64,000 nt of DNA, from NCBI GenBank assembly GCA_052390235.1, contig JBQTHB010000002.1, positions 288,001 to 352,000 of the forward strand, given 5' to 3'. Below the pieces are notes generated by a model, which saw only the letters and a program-made list of their open reading frames with translations, made no database searches and was not told the DNA's origin. A program made the position numbers and the translations under genes. The DNA is from Deltaproteobacteria bacterium. Lineage in GTDB: Bacteria > Desulfobacterota_D > UBA1144 > Nemesobacterales > CSP1-2. Each line of letters opens with the position of its first letter. Position 1 is the stretch's first letter. Below, one piece after another: positions 19,547 through 29,745 of the stretch.

Positions 19547-21969
19547 ATTGCCACGCCTCCTTTTAATTTATATCCGGTCTCAAAGTCGTAATACTCATCA
19601 ATCTGGGAGCTTGAGACGAACGGCATTCCTTCGTCTATGGCAGGCAGGTTCACCCCCCCTCGCTTCGGCACGGAAACCGAATATTCATAAAACTTTGCCT
19701 TTATTTTATCAAACTTCTCTCTTCTCTCGAACGGATTTTGTGTTTCTCTTATATCTAAAAACTTTTCCCAAATATTTATTGCCTCATTATCAAACTGGAT
19801 GAAAATATCTACTTTCTCGTAATCCTCTTCAATCAATCTAAAAGTCCATATACCGTTATCTCCATCGTAGTTCAGCCTGTAGAAGGCTTTGAGAATGTCT
19901 CTGGATTTCTGGTCGGATTTTGCCTCGGCAATAAGTTTATAGTATTCATCAATAAGGTTTAAAAACTCGCTTTCACCGATTTCCTCTCTACCGGAAAGCA
20001 CTTTTCGGGTTCTGTCCAAAAGTATCGAGTCTTTGTTGTAAATGTAGGTTGAGTATTCTCTTCCGGTTTTTCCATCTCTGAGCCTTATGACTCTTATCTC
20101 CCTGCCTGCCGATAGTCCGTTTCTGTTACATCTCCCCGCAGACTGATTGATCGAATCAAGCGGGCAGAAGTCTCGATAAACAACGTCGAAGTCAATATCC
20201 ACTCCCGCCTCGACAAGCTGAGTAGTAACGGCGATCCTCTTTTTCCTTTCTCTGATTTCGTCAATCCTCCTGAGTCTTTCTTTTGGAATCACGTGAGTTG
20301 AAAGGTATGTCATCTCTTCTCGCTTTAATCCACTTTCTCTGAGAAGGCTGTAAAATTCCTTTGCCGAGCCGATTGTGTTGAAGATGAAAAGAAATCTCTT
20401 GTCGCCCTTCAGAGCTTCAGTGATTACCGAACCTGCAAATTCTCTGATGGTTCTGGATTCGGCTATATCAGGCTTCAGAATTACTCTGTGCAAGCTACTA
20501 AAATATTTCTCTCTCTCGACAAGTGAAACTGTTTCTCCTCGTTTGAAAATCAGCGGCTCAGTTGCGGTTACAAATATGAAATATGTGCTGAATTTCTCAG
20601 CCATGAAGCGGATTATATCGCGCATGAGAAGCCAGTATTTATGAGGGATTGCCTGAATCTCATCCAAGATTACGATGCTTCCCGCGATACGGTGAAACTT
20701 CCTTATGCTGCGGTTTTTATTGGAAATCAGCGTATGGAAAAGCTGTATGAACGTCGTAACGACAATCTCGGAGTTCCAGCCCTCAATCATAATATTCGAG
20801 GCGTCGAACTCAAAATCCTCATAATCAGTTTTCCAATGGTAATTTACATCCGCCAGATGGTGGTGCTTGAGCAGAACCGGGCTCAGTGGCTCAATATCAC
20901 TTGCCTTGAGCGCGTCCTCAAAAACTTTACAATTCTGGTCAATTACGCTTAGGAATGGCAGAGAATAAATTATGCGAGAACTGTTGCTTCTGTCTTTCTG
21001 CATCTTCTCTCTTAGCTTCAGCGCAAAGGCAAGCGAGGTAAGGGTTTTCCCAAGACCTGTGGGAAGGTTTATTGAGTAAATCTTCTCATCAAGATTTATC
21101 TCACGGCTCAGAACTTCTTGAAACGCTTGTTCCCGAAGCTCGTCAATGTCTTTCTTTTCCCAATTCTGCTTCTGTTTATAACAGCTCACAATTTCATGGC
21201 TGAGATTAATTTTGCTCCCGAAGTTTGCTATTTCTTCTCTATCTTTTTCTGATACGGCTACTTCATTTTTATCGGCGTCTAGCAAGAGGGAGTAAATAAG
21301 GTGAATCAGAAAGTAGTAATCGTAGCTCTCTTTCCCATACATCGCCTCATATTCGTCTAGCATTTCGTAGCTTGCGTCTTTTATTTTCTTGAATCTCTCG
21401 CAGAGCCATTCATAAGAGAAAGGGCTGCCAAGCTTTTCAAGTAAGACGTTGAACTTTTGCTTATCGATACTTTCAAGCTGTTCCTGAAGGAGAGAAATAT
21501 CACTGTCTTGAAACTCTATCTCACAGTTATATACATCCCCAAGGTTGCCGTGATGACGTTTGCACACCAGAAACGAGGCAATCGGAACAAATCTAAAAAG
21601 ACCGTCGTATTTACCCTCTCTTTGCAGAAGTTCTTTTGTGAGGAAGTAAGCTATTACCGAGCCAAAAAGGGCGTGAGAGCTCTTTCTGCTTTTCAGCTTT
21701 TCCCTCTCTTCGCGAGTTTTCGCCGTAATATATTGCTGAAAATAAGATGTAGCCTTTCCCAGATCGTGGGATGTCGTTATGATTTTTGCTACTTTCCTGA
21801 GCGTTTCTTTGTCAATAATACCAGCGGGATTATTTTCCAGAGAAAGCAGGGCGAGGTCGGTTACGGCTTGGGTGTGGTTTTCTAGGAATTTGCCCGGATG
21901 AGAAAATAATCCGGATTCTGTATTAATGCTTTCAACAATAAAGTTATTGGATTGGTTCTCATTTGCCAT
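19540..21969 (-). CDS. cas3: Cas3 HD nuclease-helicase
   Basis: HDLGKA, HHG, PTGLGKT, DEIQ, TAT, TQLVEAGVDID, QSAGRCNR. Confidence 0.98.
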   Translation of the reverse strand: MANENQSNNFIVESINTESGLFSHPGKFLENHTQAVTDLALLSLENNPAGIIDKETLRKVAKIITTSHDLGKATSYFQQYITAKTREEREKLKSRKSSHALFGSVIAYFLTKELLQREGKYDGLFRFVPIASFLVCKRHHGNLGDVYNCEIEFQDSDISLLQEQLESIDKQKFNVLLEKLGSPFSYEWLCERFKKIKDASYEMLDEYEAMYGKESYDYYFLIHLIYSLLLDADKNEVAVSEKDREEIANFGSKINLSHEIVSCYKQKQNWEKKDIDELREQAFQEVLSREINLDEKIYSINLPTGLGKTLTSLAFALKLREKMQKDRSNSSRIIYSLPFLSVIDQNCKVFEDALKASDIEPLSPVLLKHHHLADVNYHWKTDYEDFEFDASNIMIEGWNSEIVVTTFIQLFHTLISNKNRSIRKFHRIAGSIVILDEIQAIPHKYWLLMRDIIRFMAEKFSTYFIFVTATEPLIFKRGETVSLVEREKYFSSLHRVILKPDIAESRTIREFAGSVITEALKGDKRFLFIFNTIGSAKEFYSLLRESGLKREEMTYLSTHVIPKERLRRIDEIRERKKRIAVTTQLVEAGVDIDFDVVYRDFCPLDSINQSAGRCNRNGLSAGREIRVIRLRDGKTGREYSTYIYNKDSILLDRTRKVLSGREEIGESEFLNLIDEYYKLIAEAKSDQKSRDILKAFYRLNYDGDNGIWTFRLIEEDYEKVDIFIQFDNEAINIWEKFLDIRETQNPFERREKFDKIKAKFYEYSVSVPKRGGVNLPAIDEGMPFVSSSQIDEYYDFETGYKLKGGVAIW

Positions 21970-22006
21970 GCTGAATCTTCACCTCATTCCATGAGCGGAG
22001 AAGCCA

Positions 22007-22257
22007 TCATTCCCATGCAAACGGGAATCCGGCATTTAAAATCACTAGATTCCCACTTTCGTGGGAATGACAACTACTGCTCTATTGTTTGCCTCTTTGT
22101 CATTCCCGCAGTCTTTTGAGCGGGAATCCAGCAGTTCTGAATACTGGATTATCAATTTCGTGGTAATAACGCCTAGATAGTTTGTCATTCTCGAACGCTT
22201 TATCGAGAATTCAGCAGTTCTCAAATACTAGATTCCCGTTTTCACGGGAATGACAAC
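22007..22257. repeat. Cluster of three REP-like inverted doublets between cas5 and cas3
   Basis: Units GTCATTCCCG-N-CGGGAATCC...GATTCCC-N8-GGGAATGAC. Confidence 0.88.
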
Positions 22258-22278
22258 ATAGCCAATTACCGAACCACT

Positions 22279-23004
22279 TTAGAGGAACATGATTCTTTCT
22301 CCATTTTCTATTTCCCAAAATCGCTGTGGAATAACAACAAAGGATTTTCCTTCAGCTTCGTACATCACCTCTCCGTATTCTGTAACCACTCTGTCTGTTG
22401 TCATCTCCATCGGTATTTTCTCTTTAAAATACTTTTTCCCCGGCTCAAATTTTATGCTGTCTTTCTTCTTTATAAGCCCCGAAAGAGGCACGACTGAACC
22501 AATCTCCGCTTCGGTTTCCATTTTTTCTAAAATGCCGAACTCTCCGACGTAGGAGAAATTGCATAACAACTCGCTCAAGCCTAAGCAGGGCGTATAAACC
22601 GATTTATGCCGGCTCAGATTATCTCTCAGACTTTCATAAAGCCATTGGTCGGTGTGAGAAATGTATATTCTAAACTTTGGATATTTTAAAAATTCGGTTC
22701 TAATTTGGGTTCTAGGTTCATGACCGCTCTTTTTAATCAGAGTCCAGCAGTTCCCCTTAGTGTTGATGAGGTTTATGCCGATTCTAGTCTTTTTCACAGG
22801 GTTTAAAAGCCTGATTCCTATGCTCGCATCCTTTTTAGAGAAATGTTTAAGATATTCGTCTTTGCCTAATCCGATGATAGCCGCAAGAAGCCCTGTAACC
22901 GAAGTTCTAGGAGGAATCGAGAACGTAAGCGGCGAAGAGGTCGTGTAGAATTTCCTGAAATGTGCATAATCTCCCCACACATCAAATACAAGAACTTTGT
23001 CCAT
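22279..23004 (-). CDS. cas5: Cas5 (type I-B)
   Basis: FDVWGDYAHFRKFYTTSSPLTFSIPPRT; YTPCLGLSE. Confidence 0.96.
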   Translation of the reverse strand: MDKVLVFDVWGDYAHFRKFYTTSSPLTFSIPPRTSVTGLLAAIIGLGKDEYLKHFSKKDASIGIRLLNPVKKTRIGINLINTKGNCWTLIKKSGHEPRTQIRTEFLKYPKFRIYISHTDQWLYESLRDNLSRHKSVYTPCLGLSELLCNFSYVGEFGILEKMETEAEIGSVVPLSGLIKKKDSIKFEPGKKYFKEKIPMEMTTDRVVTEYGEVMYEAEGKSFVVIPQRFWEIENGERIMFL

Positions 23005-23037
23005 TGTGAGCCTCTTTCTTTGTTTGTTTTTTTGTTT

Positions 23038-23112
23038 TGTTATTCCCGAATATTTCTATCGGGAATCCAGTATTTAAAACTATGTGGATTCCCACTTTCG
23101 TGGGAATGACAA
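23038..23112. repeat. REP-like inverted doublet downstream of the GIY-YIG gene
   Basis: TGTTATTCCCGA..TCGGGAATCC...GGATTCCCAC TTTC GTGGGAATGACA. Confidence 0.88.
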
Positions 23113-23118
23113 GTTAAA

Positions 23119-23409
23119 TTATCTCGTCAACTCATCATACAAATCCTTCCAATCAGGATTCACATTCTCAATAAGTTCGATTTTCCATTTCCGGTTCCAT
23201 TTCTTCAGCCTTTTTTCTCTCTCAATGGCGCTATGTACATCGTTTGTTTGCTCATAATAAACCAAATCATGTACGCAGTATTTTTCGGTGAATCCCCTAG
23301 CTATGTTGCTTTTGTGTTCATAGACTCTCTTGAGCAAGTTATTTGTAACGCCAATATAGAGCGTGCCGTTCTTTTTACTAGCCATAATATAAACGTAGTA
23401 AATATTCAT
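23119..23409 (-). CDS. Small stand-alone GIY-YIG nuclease
   Basis: YYVYIMAS..NGTLYIGVTNNL..RV.EH, AIEREKRLKKW.RKWK.ELIE..NP.W.DL. Confidence 0.93.
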   Translation of the reverse strand: MNIYYVYIMASKKNGTLYIGVTNNLLKRVYEHKSNIARGFTEKYCVHDLVYYEQTNDVHSAIEREKRLKKWNRKWKIELIENVNPDWKDLYDELTR

Positions 23410-23464
23410 ATATGCCCGCTAGTTATTAATTCACACCCTCGACGAAAGATAACCCCTCGACCAT

Positions 23465-23740
23465 TGTCATTCCCGAACGTTTCTATCGGGAATCCACTTA
23501 TTATTTAAATACTGGATTTCCACTTTAGTGGGAATGACGCCTACATGGTTTGTCATTCTCGAACGCTCCCAGTCCAATACTTTCGGGGACAGTCCTTACC
23601 GAGAATCCATCAGTTCTGAAATACCGGATTCCCACTTTCGTGGTAATGATGCCTGTATGATTTGTCATTCTCGCAGTCTTTTGAGCGGGAATCCACTCAT
23701 TCCTTCAATACTGGATTCCCGTTTTCACGGGAATGACAGA
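23465..23740. repeat. Cluster of REP-like doublets between cas7 and the GIY-YIG gene
   Basis: Three GTCATTC(C/T)CG...GATTCCC..GGGAATGAC-type units. Confidence 0.88.
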
Positions 23741-23780
23741 CTAAAGATTGGAAATGGCATCTCACAATGACATATCGGAA

Positions 23781-24743
23781 TCACACCTTCATTTCTTGAA
23801 CTGTAATCCCGTTAAATAACTCCGTGATAGGTCTCGGCGTAATCTGAACCCTACCGTCCACTTTGTACTCCACTCTCTCTATCTTCTCTTTGTGCGTGGA
23901 AAGGGCCTTGGCAAGCTCTGTAAGGTCAAGTGAGACCTCTGAAATATCTCTTATCGCCTCGTCCTGCTTTTCTCCTTTCTCAAGTCGTACCATCTTATCC
24001 AAATCCCCAATGTGGAAATTCCCTTCTTTATAAACCACCCTGAGAAGCAACCTCGGCATCTGCCCAGCCTTCGAGCGTGAGATGAGGTTTTTCGTGCCAT
24101 TCCATATCCCATCCATAAGAAGCGACATATCGCCTTCCGTAAGCCTCGTCTCTTTCGCTGCATTCTCATTGGCAACGCCCCAAAAGGCGATTAGCGAATA
24201 AGACAGGAAGTACTCTTCTCGGAATGATTTTTGCCCTTTTCCTTCTACTGCGAATGCAGCCGTACCTTTTATATACTGAAGATTTACCCTATGGAGAGAA
24301 GCGCCCATTTTAAATTGGACAGGCCCGGTATGAGTTATTGAATCTTTGTCTAGTGGAAGTGTTGTGCCGAAGAGTCGTATATCAATACACTCTTTTAAAA
24401 CATTCTCATTTATGATTTTCTTCATCTCAACTGCGCTGACACTTCCTTTCTTCATTCTGCTTCCCGCCGAATCGGTAAAGAAGTGTTTGGCTCTCTGCTT
24501 CGCATCCTGCAATGTTCCCTTTTCTTCATCTGCAAATATTTCCCTTACAAATATTTCCTTCCCCTTAAAATCCTTCAGATAATCTCTGACAGTCCGCTTG
24601 AGTCTCACATCCGTTACGAAGTTCTTTCCGGTCTCTTCGTCAATTCTCGGTTTGTTCTCGTCAACCGGGTCGCCGTTCGGGTTAGCGTTGCTTACGTCGT
24701 AGAGAAATAAAATCTCCGAGCGGTTTTTTATGATTTCACTCAT
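23781..24743 (-). CDS. cas7: Cas7 (Csh2-type, I-B)
   Basis: ANPNGDP..ENKPRID, VTDVRLKRTVRDY, DIRLFG, TGPVQF. Confidence 0.96.
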   Translation of the reverse strand: MSEIIKNRSEILFLYDVSNANPNGDPVDENKPRIDEETGKNFVTDVRLKRTVRDYLKDFKGKEIFVREIFADEEKGTLQDAKQRAKHFFTDSAGSRMKKGSVSAVEMKKIINENVLKECIDIRLFGTTLPLDKDSITHTGPVQFKMGASLHRVNLQYIKGTAAFAVEGKGQKSFREEYFLSYSLIAFWGVANENAAKETRLTEGDMSLLMDGIWNGTKNLISRSKAGQMPRLLLRVVYKEGNFHIGDLDKMVRLEKGEKQDEAIRDISEVSLDLTELAKALSTHKEKIERVEYKVDGRVQITPRPITELFNGITVQEMKV

Positions 24744-26503
24744 TGCTTTCCCTCCTCCATGGTTTCTTTTTTCTCATAAACGATATTTGTTATCTCTTTA
24801 GCCAGATTCATCCCGCAGGCGAAGTAGAAATTTATTTCGTCATTGGAGAGCTTCCATCCGTTACCGGCTTCGAGCAGGTAAAAAGAGACGGCTTCGGCAA
24901 TCGCTCTTTTTCCTTTATCGAAGGATTTATACTCTTCCAGCTTGTTCTGCACCTTTGGGAGCAGTCCTTTGATTTCTTTCTCGCTCAGTTTAAGCCCCTG
25001 AAGCTGTTTTATGAACGGTTTGGACTTTTTGTCCTCATACTGCGTCCAGAAAAGCAGTTCGGTTAAAGCTCCTAAAAGGAAAATCCCTCTCGCCGCAGGT
25101 GTTGTGAAAGACTTTCCATACTTCTCGAAAAACGGAGAAAAACTTTCTGTACTCATTGCGACCTCCTCGAATTTGATAAGACCTAGCTTTTCAAAAAAGA
25201 GCATGTCCAGTACTGCATCTCTTACGTCGAAAAAGAATTTGCCTCCTGTTTCTATATCTAAAAAATCTCTCCTTATTTTGTTCATCATAACCTGGAGAAT
25301 GAAATGAAAATCGAGATTTCCTCCTTTGAAGGTTTTATCCACTATTTCAAGGAAATATTTATCAAGGTCATTGCTCTTCTTCCCCTCATCCGACTTCTGA
25401 AAAAACTGCCTTATTCTCCTGAAGTTGAACTCAAATTTTTCGCCGAAAATCTTATCAACCTCGTCTTTCTTCTCCATTATCGTTCTGAGCCTTGAAGGAA
25501 GCACGTCTTCAACCAACAGGAGTATTCTCTCCACGCCGCCAGATTGCTCTCTGCTTAGGAAGAAAAAGTTAAACGTCAGATAGTCGTTTTCTTGAGACAG
25601 CGTTCTCCAAATTCTGTTCTCTCTTACTACTATCTCCTTCTTGTCTGTGAGGCTTTGCTCATGTTTATTTATCATTTCAAAAATTCGGAATATTCTCTCT
25701 CTCAGTTCATCGCCGCCGAACATAAATTTAGGGACAATATAGTAACGCAGCCCGTAGAAGCTAAATCCGAGATTTGCCAAAACGAACTTCTTCCCTTCCT
25801 CAAGGCTCTGCTTGCACTCTCCGCAAACCGGATAATTCTTCCAAGCCTCTTCTTTCCTAAACCCGCCGCTTATAAATCCTGGCTTGTCATTCGTATAAAA
25901 CTTGAAAATATCAACTACAAATACTGCATCTTTTGTCTTACTACATAGCGAGCAGAGCTTGTCCTTGCTTGTTAATCTTGCATCTCTTTTAGCTGCGGCT
26001 TGAACTAGATAGCTTTGAAACGCCTCAAAGTCGCCAATATATTTCTCATCGTCTCCGTCTTTTACCTTCACAGTTAACATCGCTTTTTTCTGTGTTTCAT
26101 AACTTTTGACAGCATTTGCTATATTTTCTATATCGCTGATAAATGCGGTTTTTAAATTTGTGAGAAACGCTTTGCCGTCTTCGCCAATTTGAAAGGGAGA
26201 CAAATCCATCTTCTCAAACCATCCCTGAATTTTCCTAGGAAAAGTCTTGTCAAACTCCTTTAGCATAGCTGCAGGTGTGAAATTTACTCCATTTTTAGAG
26301 CCTGTTCTGTAGAGATACTTATTTACTTTCCCCAGATCGAACTCCTCTAGCTTTACTTCTAAGAACTTAAAACCTTCCTCATGCTTTTCAAAAACTATGG
26401 CAATTACATTTTCAGCATTCGGTTTCTCAATAAGTGTGCTGAGAAGAGTTTTATTTCCCCTCTTTAAAATCGTGTCTCCCAGTTCTTTGACTGCTTGTAT
26501 CAT
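24740..26503 (-). CDS. cas8b: Cas8b large subunit (Csh1/TM1802-like)
   Basis: CSLC...FKFYTNDKPGF...YPVCGEC Zn motif; FLLGAL and FYFACGM near C-terminus; located between cas6 and cas7. Confidence 0.92.
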   Translation of the reverse strand: MIQAVKELGDTILKRGNKTLLSTLIEKPNAENVIAIVFEKHEEGFKFLEVKLEEFDLGKVNKYLYRTGSKNGVNFTPAAMLKEFDKTFPRKIQGWFEKMDLSPFQIGEDGKAFLTNLKTAFISDIENIANAVKSYETQKKAMLTVKVKDGDDEKYIGDFEAFQSYLVQAAAKRDARLTSKDKLCSLCSKTKDAVFVVDIFKFYTNDKPGFISGGFRKEEAWKNYPVCGECKQSLEEGKKFVLANLGFSFYGLRYYIVPKFMFGGDELRERIFRIFEMINKHEQSLTDKKEIVVRENRIWRTLSQENDYLTFNFFFLSREQSGGVERILLLVEDVLPSRLRTIMEKKDEVDKIFGEKFEFNFRRIRQFFQKSDEGKKSNDLDKYFLEIVDKTFKGGNLDFHFILQVMMNKIRRDFLDIETGGKFFFDVRDAVLDMLFFEKLGLIKFEEVAMSTESFSPFFEKYGKSFTTPAARGIFLLGALTELLFWTQYEDKKSKPFIKQLQGLKLSEKEIKGLLPKVQNKLEEYKSFDKGKRAIAEAVSFYLLEAGNGWKLSNDEINFYFACGMNLAKEITNIVYEKKETMEEGKQ

Positions 26504-26533
26504 AGGTTAGTCCTCATCTTTGTTGTCTAAAAG

Positions 26534-26714
26534 TGTCATTCCCAAATTTATTTATCGGGAATCTCATACTTTAGAACTGCCGGATTCCCACTTTCGTGGG
26601 AATGACACCCACACAATTTGTCATTTGCATGATTTGTCATTCCCGCAGTCCTTTGAGCGGGAATCCAGTGGTTGAAAAAACATGGATGCCCGATTGCTGC
26701 TTCAGGTATGACAA
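26534..26714. repeat. REP-like doublets between cas6 and cas8b
   Basis: GTCATTCCC..GGGAATC, GGATTCCCACTTTCGTGGGAATGAC, GTCATTCCCGC..GCGGGAATCC. Confidence 0.86.
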
Positions 26715-26739
26715 AACGCAAACATCGTATCTTTGGTTA

Positions 26740-27486
26740 TCAATCCCCTCTCCCCACCACCTCAAAGCAGCCGAACCCCTGGGAGTTCTTGCCTCCCAGC
26801 CCCGCGTCATAGGCGAGCTTTATGAGTTCCCTATCTCCGCCGAGTTCATAAATCCCCATCCAGCCCTTGATGACGGTATCTCTGTAGAACATTATCTTCT
26901 CGTTCGAGTTATTCACCTTCACCGGCAGGAGCGATAACCCCCCTTCCGGCTCCCTCTCGTAGAAAGCCCTGAATTTCTTCTTGGCATTCTCGCCGATGAG
27001 TTCTGCAAATTCCCTCTCAAATGGGGTGTAGTAATAGGTTTTCTTTTTCCCATCTGCCCTGGACAGGGTGCTGTAGATAGTGGCTGGCGAGAGCATCTTG
27101 ATTATGAGCTTGTCTGCCTCTACGGCGAAATCCGACATCTCTACTGCCGCGAGCCGGAGCGTTTGCGAGTGGATTCTCCCCCGCTCCCCTCTGAGGAGTT
27201 CCTCGCCGAGTTCCTCAATAAATTCTCTCATCGGAGAGCTTACAACGAGCCTGAACGGAGAGGCAAAGGTTATTGTCTCCTTCGATTTGTTAATTTCATA
27301 TTCGCCGAGTATGCGAGAGAACGTAAAGAGCCGAAATGTTCGACCCTGCGCGGAAAACCCCCTCGTGTGGAGCATGTCGGCGAGCTTCTGTGAGATGGAG
27401 CGATAGATAAAAGCCTGAACGTAGTGGCTGTGGTGAATGGGAAGGCTGAAGCCCGTGTCCGATGCGAATTCTAGGGTTAATCTCAT
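26740..27486 (-). CDS. cas6: Cas6 endoribonuclease
   Basis: FRLFTFSRI; Gly-rich loop GLGGKNSQGFG. Confidence 0.96.
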   Translation of the reverse strand: MRLTLEFASDTGFSLPIHHSHYVQAFIYRSISQKLADMLHTRGFSAQGRTFRLFTFSRILGEYEINKSKETITFASPFRLVVSSPMREFIEELGEELLRGERGRIHSQTLRLAAVEMSDFAVEADKLIIKMLSPATIYSTLSRADGKKKTYYYTPFEREFAELIGENAKKKFRAFYEREPEGGLSLLPVKVNNSNEKIMFYRDTVIKGWMGIYELGGDRELIKLAYDAGLGGKNSQGFGCFEVVGRGD

Positions 27487-27726
27487 TTTAGGCTACGAGT
27501 GATCTAAACTATATAGCGTATTATAATCCGCGCCATAGCCGTAATAAAGCCCCCGCAATATTTCGGCAACGTTGCGCTTCCATCTCTAAGGCTCAATCCC
27601 CAATTGCTTCCAGACAGGAGGGGGGGCGTGTGCCGTACATCGGGGGTTTTCTCGGCGCGCTTAGGCGGGATGATGGGAATTATCCCGTAGCCGCCAAAGG
27701 GTAGGGTGTGGTGAGAGCGGACTGCC

Positions 27727-27975
27727 TTATCGTCCGTCTTTATTGAACGGGATGGATATTGAAAGCTCGTCTCTAGTGAGTCCGGTTTTAACGTTGACCT
27801 CAATGTTGTCCAAATTGAACTGAGGGTATTTCCCGAACACGTTTACTAGATCCTGCCTCACGCGCTGGGTGAAATCCGTCGGAAGGTCTTTGCGCTCGTA
27901 GGATAGTACCACCATGAGCCTCTCTTTGGCGATGTCGGCGGATTTGGGTTTTCTGAAAAAATCGAATATTGACAT
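27727..27975 (-). CDS. minE: Cell division topological specificity factor MinE
   Basis: KSADIAKERLMVVLSYER; follows minD. Confidence 0.93.
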   Translation of the reverse strand: MSIFDFFRKPKSADIAKERLMVVLSYERKDLPTDFTQRVRQDLVNVFGKYPQFNLDNIEVNVKTGLTRDELSISIPFNKDGR

Positions 27976-27977
27976 AA

Positions 27978-28760
27978 TCAACCTCCGAACAGACGGCTGA
28001 AGAAGCTCTTTCTCTCTTCCAGCTCTGTGAATGGAATGTCCTGACCCTCAAGCCTCTTTGCCACGTTCATAAGCGCTCTGCCCGATTTCGAGTTCTCGGC
28101 AAGCACAATTGGCTCGCCTTTGTTGGTGAAATCAACCATGCGCTCCTCGTCGGGAATGATGCCAATTTTGGGTATGTGCAAGATTTCTTCTATGTCGGCA
28201 ACGGATAGCATCTCGCCCTTTCGCACCTGATGGAGTCTGATTCTGTTAATGATGAGTTTTATATTCTCTTTGCCCATGGACTCCAGAAGCCCGATGACGC
28301 GGTCTGCGTCCCTTACGGACGACACTTCGGGGTTTACGACGATGAGGGCTTCCGAGGCTGGGGCTGAGGCGGTTCTAAATCCCCCCTCGATACCGGCTGG
28401 GGAGTCAATTATCACGTAGTCGAAGCTCTCCTTTACCTTCTCGACGATTTCAACGAGTTGTTCAGGACGCACTGAGTCTTTGTTCTTCGTCTGAGCGGCG
28501 GGAAGCAAATACAGCGACTGCCCGCGCTTGTCCTTGACGAACGCCTTTTCGACGGCAACTGCCCCGTCAACAACGTCCACTACGTCATAGACAATTCTGT
28601 TCTCTAGCCCAAGTATCATATCGAGGTTTCTAAGCCCGATGTCGGCGTCAATGGTCAGCACCCTTTTGCCGAGGGCGGCTAGAGCCGTAGCGATGTTCGC
28701 AGTTACGGTGGTTTTACCGACTCCCCCTTTGCCCGATGTAATTACGATAGCCCTAGCCAT
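27978..28760 (-). CDS. minD: Septum site-determining ATPase MinD
   Basis: SGKGGVGKTT, DIGLRNLD..LGLE.R, C-terminal amphipathic FFSRLFG. Confidence 0.97.
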   Translation of the reverse strand: MARAIVITSGKGGVGKTTVTANIATALAALGKRVLTIDADIGLRNLDMILGLENRIVYDVVDVVDGAVAVEKAFVKDKRGQSLYLLPAAQTKNKDSVRPEQLVEIVEKVKESFDYVIIDSPAGIEGGFRTASAPASEALIVVNPEVSSVRDADRVIGLLESMGKENIKLIINRIRLHQVRKGEMLSVADIEEILHIPKIGIIPDEERMVDFTNKGEPIVLAENSKSGRALMNVAKRLEGQDIPFTELEERKSFFSRLFGG

Positions 28761-28775
28761 ATTGTGCTTACCTCA

Positions 28776-29408
28776 TTATGCTTGAATTTTTTCGATATAA
28801 ATCTGGTTGTCTCTGACAAATGCCTTCTCAGGATATTCGGGGGTCTGCATATCGTCCGGGGGGCGCGTAAAACACCCGGCGATTCTAAGTTGCTGGGGTT
28901 TTAGCTTCAGCGCCATTATGACGGCCGTCTCGTCGCCCCTAGCCCCTGCGTGGACGACGCCTCTGAGGATTCCCATCACCACGATATTGCCAGAAGCGAT
29001 GATATAGGCGTCGGGATTTACATCTCCGATGACCAGAACGTCTCCGTCATGCTCGATTCTCTGGCCGCTGCGCATGGTTTTATTGACGATGTGGGCGGCT
29101 TTTTTCTCGGTAACGTCGGGAAGGGATTTGCCTCTGGTGTCCTTCTCGCGGGCTGTGTCGGCGCGCACTGACTCTGAGGTTTTATAACCGAGGAAATTCG
29201 TGCCGCTTTTGCGCAGAGCCTCCTCGATATTACTCTTATCAGCCTCGGCTAGGGGAATCTCGTTGGTGTCAACGGCAACCGCCGAGTTCTTGAAAAACGC
29301 GGCGGCGAGTTTTTCGTTCATCTCGGCGATGTTGGCGTCAATTGTCTTGGTTTTATCGAGCTTTATCAGAAGCGCAGGCACGGTGATGCCCTTGACGATG
29401 ATTCCCAT
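28776..29408 (-). CDS. minC: Septum site-determining protein MinC
   Basis: MRSGQRI, GDVN, G.LRGVVHAGA.GD, QLRIA. Confidence 0.95.
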   Translation of the reverse strand: MGIIVKGITVPALLIKLDKTKTIDANIAEMNEKLAAAFFKNSAVAVDTNEIPLAEADKSNIEEALRKSGTNFLGYKTSESVRADTAREKDTRGKSLPDVTEKKAAHIVNKTMRSGQRIEHDGDVLVIGDVNPDAYIIASGNIVVMGILRGVVHAGARGDETAVIMALKLKPQQLRIAGCFTRPPDDMQTPEYPEKAFVRDNQIYIEKIQA

Positions 29409-29551
29409 TTCGGCTTATGTCCCGCAACGCTTATAAAAGGATATAAATGTTTATCACATCTTCGGGGTTAAAACAAGAAATCCGCGCAGGATTTTTGAAA
29501 AACTCAAACGGCGTGATATAATCTCCGGGATTTTGATTTATCCATCCCGTT

Positions 29552-29623
29552 GCCGACGTAGCTCAGCGGTAGAGCAGCGCACTCGTAATGCGCAGGTCTG
29601 GGGTTCAAATCCCCACGTCGGCT
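29552..29623 (+). tRNA. tRNA-Thr (anticodon CGT), CCA not encoded
   Basis: Acceptor GCCGACG/CGTCGGC, D arm GCTC..GAGC, anticodon stem GCGCA-CTCGTAA-TGCGC, T loop GGTTCAAATCC. Confidence 0.96.
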
Positions 29624-29745
29624 AATATCTGCTCGAAAATGCCAGCCAATTGCAATCTATCTAAAATAAGCCGCAAACCCTCAGGGCTAGGCTCTCTATA
29701 CTCCGGATACTCCGGCGGAACTACCCACCCTTTGACATAGTTTAT

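Noticed and set aside
26504..26739. CreTA-like mini-array between cas6 and cas8b
   Set aside because: The gap is occupied by REP-like palindromes; no CRISPR-repeat-like sequence seen
29552..29623. tRNA-Thr as an integration site with attR duplication
   Set aside because: No second copy of the tRNA 3' end seen in the window and no adjacent integrase
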